NCBI GenBank assembly: GCA_015680685.1
Contig: MNCI01000406.1
Location: 120,768-184,767 of the forward strand
From: Gnetum montanum
Taxonomy: Eukaryota; Plantae; Gnetophyta
Direction of reading: 5' to 3'
DNA: 64,000 bases
Below the pieces are notes generated by a model. It was not told where the DNA came from. It saw nothing but the letters and a program-made list of their open reading frames with translations, and ran no database searches. Made by a program: the position numbers and the translations under genes. This document shows positions 1-9,998 of the stretch, piece by piece. Positions within the stretch are counted from its first letter, which is position 1. Every line of letters starts with the position of its first letter.

Positions 1-2302
1 CAAACGTTGGACATTAGGCCAGGGACTCCCACCGACATTTACCTTGGCATCCCCCTTTTTCGGTGGGGGCGGTCCACGACGTGGGGCCCCCTGCTGGAAA
101 AGATGGAACGCCGGGCTAGCCACTGGGCTAACAGGTTCCTGAGCCGCAAGGGACGTCTGCTGGTGGCCGTCGGGATCCTCATGGTCACCGCGCGTTTCGT
201 CGTTGCGGTGGCCGCCCCCCCTGGTAACGTCATCAATGTCGTTAACGCATTGGTTCGACACTTTGTTTGGGGGGGGCAAAGGGGGGAGCAAGCTGCACTT
301 GGTCCGTTGGGAGCAGGTGGCGCGCCCACGAGACGAGGGCGGCCTGGGAATCACGACTTTCGAGGATGAGTTAATGTTGGGGCGGCAACGGCTCGTCCTC
401 CGGCTCGCACGGCCGCATCGGGACCCGGCCCCCTGGATCGATGTCATTCATAATAAATACGTCCGCTGGGAGGCGACAACACGGGACTCCAAGTCCTGGA
501 AGGTGGTGGCCCGGCACGGGCGCGACATGCAGACCTCGGGCTGGGCGCATCTTGAGCCAAGAGCCATCATGGCGGCGAAATACCCCCGATGCGACACGTG
601 GCGGAAGATTTGGAAAGGAAGGCTGCCAGAAAAAATTAAATTTTTTCTCTGGCTGCTGCAGCACGACACGCTGCCAATCCGAAATTTATTGAGGCGGCGT
701 GGGGTGATCGAGGCGGACACGTGTCTGACATGCGGGGGTGCGGGGGAGACTATCGCACACTTTGTACGCGACTGTCCCCGCACGCGCGACGTGTGGCGCG
801 CGGCCGCTGTGCCCCCCCCCAGGCATGCGACTGGGGATTCATGGGCCGCCCTACTTCTGTGGACGGTATGGAAGGCCCGCAACAATCTTATCTTTCGGCA
901 GCAGCGGTGCCCCCCTCCGCAGCGGCTGGTCTGGCAGGCGTCCTGCGCGTGGAAGGAAATCGAGAACGCCATGGGACAAACGCCCACGTACGAGCCTAAC
1001 TGCGTTGTTTTTCAGGAATTCGAGGAGCTCTGGCAGCTGGTGATTCAATGTGGATGGGATGTTCCTCTGCAGTGGCTTGTGGGGGACCCAGATTTGGCTG
1101 ATGATGCCTTCTTTTCCAATTGGGTCAATGACTGCACCTTCTTCAGGGGGCGGGAAATCAGGGTCACGGAGGCGGCTATCGCCAGCTGTCTGGGAACCCC
1201 CATCGCTGGGGAAACCATCCTACCATCAACCCACGACCTCCAGGATGCAAAGATGTTCTTCAGTGGGACCATCCCCAGGACCAAAAGTCGGCAGGTGCCT
1301 AGATCTGCTCTCCCCCGCCTTTGGGCCCGCGGGGTGGACCTGGTGGAACGGTACTTTGTCCAGTCTGGCAACGGGTCCAAGCTGTAGGGCCTGCACTTCA
1401 CCTTCCTCCGTTGCCTAAAGACCGGTGGCCAGGTCAACCTCCCCCTCTATTTTAAGGAGGCCCTTCGCCTNNNNNNNNNNNNNNNNNNNNNNNNNNNNNN
1501 NNNNNNNNNNNNNNNNNNNNNNNNNNNNNNNNNNNNNNNNNNNNNNNNNNNNNNNNNNNNNNNNNNNNNNNNNNNNNNNNNNNNNNNNNNNNNNNNNNNN
1601 NNNNNNNNNNNNNNNNNNNNNNNNNNNNNNNNNNNNNNNNNNNNNNNNNNNNNNNNNNNNNNNNNNNNNNNNNNNNNNNNNNNNNNNNNNNNNNNNNNNN
1701 NNNNNNNNNNNNNNNNNNNNNNNNNNNNNNNNNNNNNNNNNNNNNNNNNNNNNNNNNNNNNNNNNNNNNNNNNNNNNNNNNNNNNNNNNNNNNNNNNNNN
1801 NNNNNNNNNNNNNNNNNNNNNNNNNNNNNNNNNNNNNNNNNNNNNNNNNNNNNNNNNNNNNNNNNNNNNNNNNNNNNNNNNNNNNNNNNNNNNNNNNNNN
1901 NNNNNNNNNNNNNNNNNNNNNNNNNNNNNNNNNNNNNNNNNNNNNNNNNNNNNNNNNNNNNNNNNNNNNNNNNNNNNNNNNNNNNNNNNNNNNNNNNNNN
2001 NNNNNNNNNNNNNNNNNNNNNNNNNNNNNNNNNNNNNNNNNNNNNNNNNNNNNNNNNNNNNNNNNNNNNNNNNNNNNNNNNNNNNNNNNNNNNNNNNNNN
2101 NNNNNNNNNNNNNNNNNNNNNNNNNNNNNNNNNNNNNNNNNNNNNNNTGAGTTTGCTGAGTTTTGCTGTTTCTTCTGGGGGGCACCCCCCCTGGGCCTCC
2201 CGCCCCCCGGTGGGGCCACCGCTGGCGACCCCGGTTGTAATCTTATGTAACATAATTTGATCTTTCATAATAGAATCCCGAATACTTTCTCAAAAAAAAA
2301 AA
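1..2302 (+). mobile_element. L1-clade LINE, 3' part: RT tail, zf-RVT, ATHILA-ORF1-like extension; spans an assembly gap; poly(A) end
   Basis: YLGIPL, W...LSRKGR, P..EGGLG, KIKFFLWLL, CLTCGGAGETIAHFVRDCP, W.VWKARNNLIF; in-frame extension from 971; A-tail at about 2292-2302. Linkage across the gap is inferred. Confidence 0.88.
1471..2147. other. Assembly gap (N run)
   Basis: Run of N. Confidence 0.99.
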
Positions 2303-2879
2303 TCATGGTGGCGCACAATAGTCAAATTGCAGAGTGCAAGGGTCAAATCATAGCTGCAGCAGAGGTCTAAACATCAACGCCTCTCAACAAGTAAATCACA
2401 GCAACAATAACAATGTCAAAAATTGTGGTGAGTACCAAAGAAATCGTAGCAATTGCAATGGACTACAACAGCTTTTTGATATATGCAGCAACGACATCAA
2501 AAATTTCAATGATGGATGACACAATTTAAACTCAAAGCACCCAGCCCGCACCCATTCACCACAAGCTGGGCCCCACACTCAACCCAAAACCCAAACCCAT
2601 CTGCCTCAACACCACCCAACCCAAGACCAACCCCCATCACCCCCAATGGTTGTGTCAACTCCCTTTCAATTTGTTGTGACTGCGACCTCCACTCTTGTTG
2701 CCTCTGGGAAATTTGCTTCAGTCTCTGGCCCTAGCCACCCTCTGCTACTTTTCAACTCTGTGCTATCTGTGCCACCACTCGAACCATCCACCTACCGATT
2801 TTTGCGCCACACACCCAAAAACCCCCCACCATGCTCACATTTAACTTTCTAGTTTCCTACCATCGACCAAAAATCTTAA

Positions 2880-5075
2880 GCACATGTTTTTTGCGTGTAA
2901 ATCTGTTTGCAAAATCAAAAATCACATATCAAATTTTACGATCCATAATTTTTCATTGTGCACTCTTTCCTCAAACAAAATTAAGGTTCTAGGCTACGAA
3001 TTAAAATTCATCCCTCAACCCCTCCCCATGGACCGCGCTTCTATTCTTAAAGAATTCACCACTTTTGCTAGGCTTCTTCATCTACGGAATTTCTTTAAAC
3101 ATAAACTTGAAGACATTCTCATCTTCACCATTTATTGCGGCAACTCAAATTGCTAAAATGAAACTTGACCATCGTAACAATTGGAATCCACCAACAAGCA
3201 GCTTCAATCCTAAGCTCAAAAACTACATTCGCAGTTGCCTCGCTTCCCTTAAAGCTGCACTCTCCTCCATTAATTTCAGCAGCCGACCTCTTCTTCCTCA
3301 ATGTCTTCTTGGAGCGCTTCACAAAATTCAAAAAGACACAAACATCGTCATTCGGCCTGCAGATTAAAATCTTGGAATTTGTGTCTTGGATTCCTCTTGG
3401 TATCTTCAAGAAGCCATGAGGCAACTATCTGATTCAAACATTTACCTTCATGTGGATTTTGTTCCATCATACTATCTCTATCGTCAACTATTCTCTATTG
3501 TCAACCGTTATGCTCAGGTGTTCAACAATTTTAAAGATTCACCTCTTAAATGCAAAGCTTTCAAACCTTGCAATTTTTATTTAATCCCGAAAATCCACAA
3601 AACTGTAATGGTTGGCTGACCAATCTACTCATACATGGGTTATGTTCTTGAACCCTCTTGCCTACTCCATTATCTATTGTTCCCCATTTTATGTTCTCAA
3701 CCATATCATCTTCAATATTCCTCTACCTTGATTCATGATGTACACAAAACAATTCTATCTCTTAGCGTACTTCTTTTTACATTTGATGTAGAAGCTCTCT
3801 ACCCTAGCATTCCCACAGACCATGGCATTGCTGCTCTCAAGGATATGGTTGAATCATACTTCTCTGCTAACCCTTTTCCTTTGCAGAATTTCTACAGCAA
3901 CGCCATTTTGGAGCTAGCTTCTTTGGTTCTCCAAGAACACTTTTTGGAATTCAATGGAGTTCATTATAAGCATATCAGAGACACTGCAATGGAGAGCAAC
4001 TTCGCTGTTGTTTACGCATGCCTCTTTTTGTGTCATCTTAAAAAACAAGTTTTCACTGCTCCAGACTCTCAAAATTTTTTGTATTTCAAAAGATTCATTG
4101 ATGATGCATTTGGCATTTGGAGTGATCCTGAAGATTCTCTCTCCCTCCTTCTCACTCAGTATGGTAATGTGTATCCATTAATCAACATTACCCCTACCAT
4201 TTTTGATTCCATAGCACATATCCTCGATATTACTTTTTTCAACGGTCCTCAATTTGCTAACACTGGTATTTTCAAAAACCCTTGAATGCCTACCAATACA
4301 TCTCTTTCTCCTCTTGGCATCCATTCCATCAAACAAAAGCATTCATTGTTACAGAACTCAAATGTTACCTCATCAGGGAATCTTGCCTTGGTGATCTTTA
4401 GTAGATTCGACTTCAGCTCTTCTGATGTCTTCGTGATCAAGGGTATGCTTCATGCCTACTGGTCAAATGTTTCAATCTTGTTCCTGCTTCTTCCCAACGA
4501 TCACTTCTTAATAGATTTCATCAGAGTCACGATGTTTGTGGTAGGAGACAAACCCCTCTCGTCTTCAAATTGCATTTCAATCTTTCTACTAAATCCTTGA
4601 ATGTGAGGGCCCTCCTAAACCCTATACTTGATCAGCTTCGCCAAAAAGATCCAACACTCCATAACATCATTCCAAACGTGGCTGCTTGCTGACGAAATCC
4701 TAGAAAGCTGCATTCTCTTCTTGTCAGAAACAAATTTGAGTGCTTTGTCCCACCCCCACTTTAGCCAAACTGAGTGGGGCTCGATTAAAATTTATTTTCT
4801 TGCTCAAATTTAAATTTGACAAAGCTGGGACCACTATAAATGCAAGCACTTGTGCTCATAGCATCCCACAACTTAGCTCAAGACATACTGATGAGGGGTG
4901 TGATTCCTCAAAAATGTTTTATGTTGTAGCTCTGCTTTGTTCTATGTCCATTTGAGCTTTTTCAATCTATTTTTTTTTTACATTTCTTTTTTGCTTTTCT
5001 TTGCTTTCCAATTCCAATTCTATATTTTTGTTAGCCGCACGAGATCCCATCAAATTTTTCAGCTAACCCTAAAAT
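2880..5075 (+). mobile_element. Degenerate Penelope-like element RT; no C-terminal GIY-YIG seen
   Basis: IVIRPAD(K)NLG, FYLIPKIHK, FTFDVEALYPSIP, YFKRFIDDAFGIW, KPLNAYQYISFSSWHP, RNPRKLHSLLVRNKF, then stop at 4762-4764; several frameshifts and stops. Confidence 0.85.
4883..4924 (+). ncRNA. Decayed minimal type-I hammerhead ribozyme at the PLE 3' end
   Basis: ACATA-CTGATGA-GGGG-tgtgatt-CCTC-(G>A)AAA-A-TG-T-T-T-TATGT; stem I ACATA/TATGT, stem II GGGG/CCTC. Confidence 0.65.
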
Positions 5076-5315
5076 TTTTTCAACTAAACATAAAAATTGT
5101 CACTGAATGCCTCATCCATTATTGTAGAAATTCTAATGGTTACAAATGTGAATCTACCAAACCAACTAAATAGTGAATTATCAAAGAAATTTCAAAGCTT
5201 TGTGCAAATTTTAGACTATTCTATGAATGAATGAGCCATTTTTAATTTTCTACAGAATCAAGAAGAAAAGATGATAATGAACTCAGAAGTTAGTAAACAA
5301 AACCAGGCAATTTAT

Positions 5316-5394
5316 GCAAGAAGCGACGCGGCCGCCATTCGGGGTTGATCCTAGCTTTGTGGACGGGAGCTGGGGGGCGCATAGCCCATCATCC

Positions 5395-5459
<65 letters not shown>

Positions 5460-6047
5460 NCCCCCCCCGGGGGGATCACCCTTGCCTGCCCCCCTGCTAC
5501 CCTCCCTAACCCCTCGGTCTCGCCCAACCGAGGCACCCGCTAGACCCTACCAATGACAACCTTCGCACTGCTAGCCTCATCAAGCCGGCTTCCCCCTTGC
5601 AGTGGCTCAAGGAAGGGGCGATGCCTGTACCTCTTCTTGGGCATCAGTTATGAGAGCTCCTGGGGAGAACTCCGGAGACATATCCGTCGAACCTCGGCGC
5701 GCTTTCACCCGGACACGGGGTATTTGCCGGCAGACCGAAGCAAGCGGGAGTCTGCTATGCAGGGTATCCAGCAGGCAGCAAATTTCATGGACACCAAGGA
5801 TCACCGCAACACTTTGGATATGCTCCATGAGCTGGAACACCCGCACTGTGCCTGCCGTCGTTTTCCGACTCACCCCTAGGGGATCAGGAACGGGGCCTGC
5901 CCCCCCCCCCCCCGCCCCCCCCCCCCTTCCCGCGGGGGTGCACCCCCCCTCCCCAGTGTGGTGTTACGCGTTGTTGGGGGACTGCTTGTTGCACACGCAC
6001 GTGGCTTTGGCTTGTTGTTTGTGGTGCCGGATTTTTGTATGGGCGTC

Positions 6048-6126
<79 letters not shown>

Positions 6127-6145
6127 NAAACATTTTCTCAAAAAT
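5316..6145 (+). mobile_element. 5'-truncated L1-type 3' end carrying a J-domain (intact HPD)
   Basis: Begins KKRRGRHSGLILALW (end of the extension domain); ORF 5553-5879 has [33 protein letters not shown]...[21 protein letters not shown]; ends TTTTCTC plus A-rich tail. Confidence 0.8.
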
Positions 6146-6149
6146 AAAA

Positions 6150-6760
6150 AAGGGACAAACTAGATACTAAGAAGCTCTCGAAAGAGTGAAATAATCAAAA
6201 TCAATGGAAGTGACATCCCCATTAGCAACAGCAAAGCAAGAAAGTTGGGAAGAAATGTTTTTAACTTGTGGAAGGGTTGACCATCTAGTGAAAGACTATT
6301 GGTTCAGCATAGGAATCCCAAAAATAGTGAGCATGAGAAAATTTTTGCTTTATTGAAGGACCAAAGGGCAAGAGAATAAGATAATTTTACCCCATCAACA
6401 TTTACAGTAATAGATAGTTAGGAATGTCAAAAGGATTTGCTAACGTCTTCTTAAAATAAAACATATCATGTTGATTCAGGCTGCTCAAAAAACCTTTTGG
6501 AGAACAAGTCATTATTTACTCACATAGAATATCATAATGATGAGAGTGCATAAACATCGACAGGGAATTCATGTTGATATGATCGAAGGGTGAAGTTGAA
6601 ATGGAATTTACCCGATTCCCAGATCAAGATTGCAAATTTTTGAAACTAGAAGGAAGAATGGTTATGATGTTATTTTTGAAACTAGAAGGAAGAAGGCAAT
6701 ATCAAATGGTAGAAAAGCATTGTAATATGACATCAATGCAAAGTTTGGAAAAAATGGGAA
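6150..6760 (+). mobile_element. Degenerate Ty1/Copia gag-knuckle/protease remnant
   Basis: KCF.CGRVDHLVKDYW knuckle at about 6253-6302; DSGCS at about 6472-6487. Confidence 0.55.
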
Positions 6761-6766
6761 ATCAAT

Positions 6767-7500
6767 TTTTTTTGTTGGAAAAAGATCAGGTAAAATTCAA
6801 TTAAAATTCAACATATGTACAGAAACAACCAAGATCGAAAAACTGAGGAGACCCCCCCTAGAAGGGGGCTCCCAAACCAACAACAATATAAAGCATCTTC
6901 AATGATCCACCAACCCTCACACCCCCCAGACCAACAGAGCAAATGAAACCAAGGGTGAGTAACCACACATATGGTAGGTCAACCCACCCCATAACCTAGA
7001 CAAATATAACTAACCACATACAAGCCAAGCCTTTCTCCACAAAGCAGGAAACAAAAAAACCAACCCCCTACATTTGGTGTGGTAGAGTGAAACATGGACA
7101 TCTAGGGTTCACTTTTGACCAAACTCAGTCTAGGATCCCCCATAAAGGTTTAAAGGCAACAAAGTTAGTAGCCTGCTGAAAGTCAAGGAAATCCTACTCC
7201 ACTTGTTGTCACTCATTGTCAAGTATATCGAATGGTATTTCACGACCGTTAATGGATATCTCGTCGTAGGGCAATCCATGATGCATCCTTATTAATGCCC
7301 ATAAGAATATACGGACAACAACATTTCCATAGCCATCGCTTAACCTCTACCTCATGCACCTAATCAAACCACTACTTCATTTGTTGTTCCTCAAATAACA
7401 CCCTGTCATCTTTCTCCTTTTCAGCTTCTTCACCCCTGACTTTCATCCGAGTCCGATTGTGTCTGAATCTATTGACGAAGCTCCTCTTCCTTTTCTTGCC
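6767..7500 (-). mobile_element. 5'-truncated LINE 3' end with coiled coil and degenerate J-domain
   Basis: KRWLWKCCCPYILMGINKDASWIALRRDIH..KYH..FQQATNFV...PRCPCFTLPHQM* (with frameshifts); T-run at about 6767. Confidence 0.7.
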
Positions 7501-7509
7501 ATCGCAGGA

Positions 7510-7826
7510 TGTGATTTTCTCAATGTAACAAAAGGTTGAAGAATGTAAGCATCTAAGACTGAATCATTTAAATAGTGTGTTAGGTAAAAAGGTCAGTGTT
7601 CTTTCCAAACCAAAATTGAAAGCCTTGCCATGTAGTGCTCTACATTTGCACATACGATCAAAATTTAATCCTATGTAAGGTGTGATTTTCTCAATGTAAG
7701 AGAAGGCTGAAGAATGTAAGCATCTAAGAATGAATCATTTAAATTGTGTGTTAGGTAAAAAGGTCAAAGTGTTGTTTCCAAACCAAAATTGAAGCCTTGC
7801 TGTGTAGTGCTCTGCATTTGCACATA
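7510..7826 (+). repeat. About 171-bp tandem duplication, possibly Copia pre-integrase derived
   Basis: tgtgattttctcaatgtaa...catttgcacata begins at 7510 and 7681. Confidence 0.85.
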
Positions 7827-9192
7827 TGACCTTAATATTTTATATGCTATGTTGTATTATTGCACAGTGATTAAACACAAAGACTTCAACTTACTTTGAA
7901 GCTAATATATATTTGGAGATGTGTCTTGTGTCTATAACTTAATGTGAAAATTTTTTGAATGGGTGGTTTAAGCAAATATACTATTTATTACCAATTTTTC
8001 CCTAATTATTTACAGAAAATATACTTTTATATTTGGATGAAGGGATAAAGTGTTGCATCATTTTAGAATAATACTCTAAATTTCATAAAAACATGTTCAA
8101 GGTTTATTTTCACAATTTGTTAAAATTAAAATCATATAAGTTTTCAAAGTTATTAGATTGCATTCAAACAAATTAAAATTATATAAGAATTCAAAGTTAT
8201 TAAATCGCAATCAAACTTGGTGAACTAACTTACCTTTGCATGTAGAGTATAGATCTATAATTAGTTTATTGATTTAATTCATAATTTCTGAAATTTTAAT
8301 GAGAAATTTTTTAGTACTGTACAAGCCTATAATCTTTGATCAAGCCTTGGGGTCTTATTGAGCCTAAAAATAGTGAGAGTTTTGCTCTTGTATTCAGCAT
8401 TTGCCAAGTGGGAGAGACCATGCTAATTTGACAAAAGAGTGCAAGGAAGAGAAGAGAATGTAAGTCTACTCTTTGCCACTTCCTTTGCGTGTCGTTTAAG
8501 GCTGAGCTTAGGTGCTCTTGAGAGGATAAGTGATACCTGTTGGCTGAGCTTCTTGTTGTTATTGAAGGATACTCATGAATAAACTTGGGCCTGTGTGGGG
8601 CTGATTTGGGAGGCTATTCAGAACTGAATGTTGGGGACAGTCTTGATCTGATCTTGTAACGAACCACTTCTCCTTGAGTGTTCTTGTCTAGGCTGTAAGA
8701 TGCTACAGGGTTGACGATACTTGGTGTGTGATAGTTGGATAGCCAAAGGTCCATTGAGTACTCATAAATTATAAGGAAATTATGCATATTGATGTTGGTT
8801 GCATCCATTTTGCATATTGGAAAAGTGAACTGCACATGGTTTGTTAAGCATTGAATAGTGATCAAGCTTCATTAGAGCATGTCATTCATTTATGTAATGC
8901 TTTGCTTTCTTGGTACATGGAATTTACATCTTCCTAAAACTCACTCTTGGATTTCTTGGATAATGATGATTTTGGATTAGTGATAGTAATATTATCATGG
9001 ATGTTGTTTTCTTATTTTCTATATTTTATTTTGTTATCATTGAAAACCTTGAGATTTATTTTTTTCTTAAAAAACAAAAATCAAAGCTCAAATTCGCTAG
9101 TTATAATATCAAGTCTTTTCATTTTAATGCCCTCTTTGGAGCTTGATGTAATTTTTATGCATACCAAAAATAAAATAAAATTGGAAGAGAAC

Positions 9193-9345
9193 CAGCATTT
9201 AGACTAATGGTAAGGTGCTTGTTTCTCAAGTCAAAAGACCTGGGTTTAAGCCTAGGTAAAGTCACTCAAAGAGGTTATGATTTTGCTCATCCATTGACCC
9301 TCCTGAGACCTGGCTTGGTAGGATGACCATTGAGGCTCCAGGTTA
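9193..9345 (+). mobile_element. tRNA-derived SINE (Au-like), degenerate
   Basis: A-box-like TAGACTAATGG and B-box-like GGTTTAAGCC with tRNA-like spacing; related copy at about 59815-59950. Confidence 0.55.
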
Positions 9346-9927
9346 TAAGGAAGAAAACCAAAAATAAATAGGGACTACAAGCAATAGGTTCAAATAGGGG
9401 TGCCTCACTGTGTAATCTTTGATACCTCTTTCATGCAAAACAAGGCTACTGTTTATGGATTTTGATTTCACTTATTGTTGCTACTATTTCCCTTGTGTAT
9501 CAGAAAATTTCGTTTGAGTAACACTACTAGTAGACTCATCGCATTTCTACAAGCATTCAGCAAGTTGCAAGTTGGATTGTCTTTGCCTAGTCATTCATCA
9601 GAGACTTGCCAAGACAGGTTTTATTTGTATTTCTAAAGGAAATTTATATGCCTTGCAGGTTCACGCAAGTTTTTAAAGCTCGCTTAAACCCATGGACACA
9701 ATACAAAAACTAATTCTTATCAGTACATACTCAAAATTGAAATTTTGCCCACTTGAAATCTGATCAAGCATACTTAAATACCTTGAAATAGTCAAATATA
9801 AGTATTTTTCCCTGCGCCCTCTACATTCCACTATCATCCAGTATAGTACAAATAATTGCCCTTTGAAAAATAATATCCATGTCTTAACTCAAATAGAACC
9901 ATTTAAAAGGAAAAAATTACCCCTTAC

Positions 9928-9998
9928 TTGGAATCATCAACATCTTCCATAACAAGATTCAGCTTCTGCCTAATGGGCTGCCAGTTACTTCTAGATTC
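9928..9998 (-). CDS. VPS33: VPS33 exon 17 (last exon found in window)
   Basis: [23 protein letters not shown]; AG/GTAAG borders. Confidence 0.92.

Noticed and set aside
1385-1387. TAG at the same codon (KL*G.HF) here and at 24958-24960, suggesting programmed read-through
   Set aside because: Two other copies have Leu at this position, and CAG>TAG decay is common throughout these elements.
1415-2268. Long ORFs spanning N runs (also 32921-33602)
   Set aside because: Artefacts of translating through assembly gaps.
5553-5879. A host DnaJ gene nested in a VPS33 intron
   Set aside because: Intronless, multi-copy, polyadenylated, TSD-flanked in one copy and continuous with L1 ORF2 in another.
5395-6126. 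Long poly-C tracts giving poly-Pro/poly-Gly ORFs
   Set aside because: Homopolymers next to single Ns in GC-rich LINE sequence; most likely sequencing or gap-filling artefacts.
1-9927. Remaining VPS33 exons (PNDIAY..GYAPLS onward)
   Set aside because: Not found by eye; presumed to lie left of the window, so not called.
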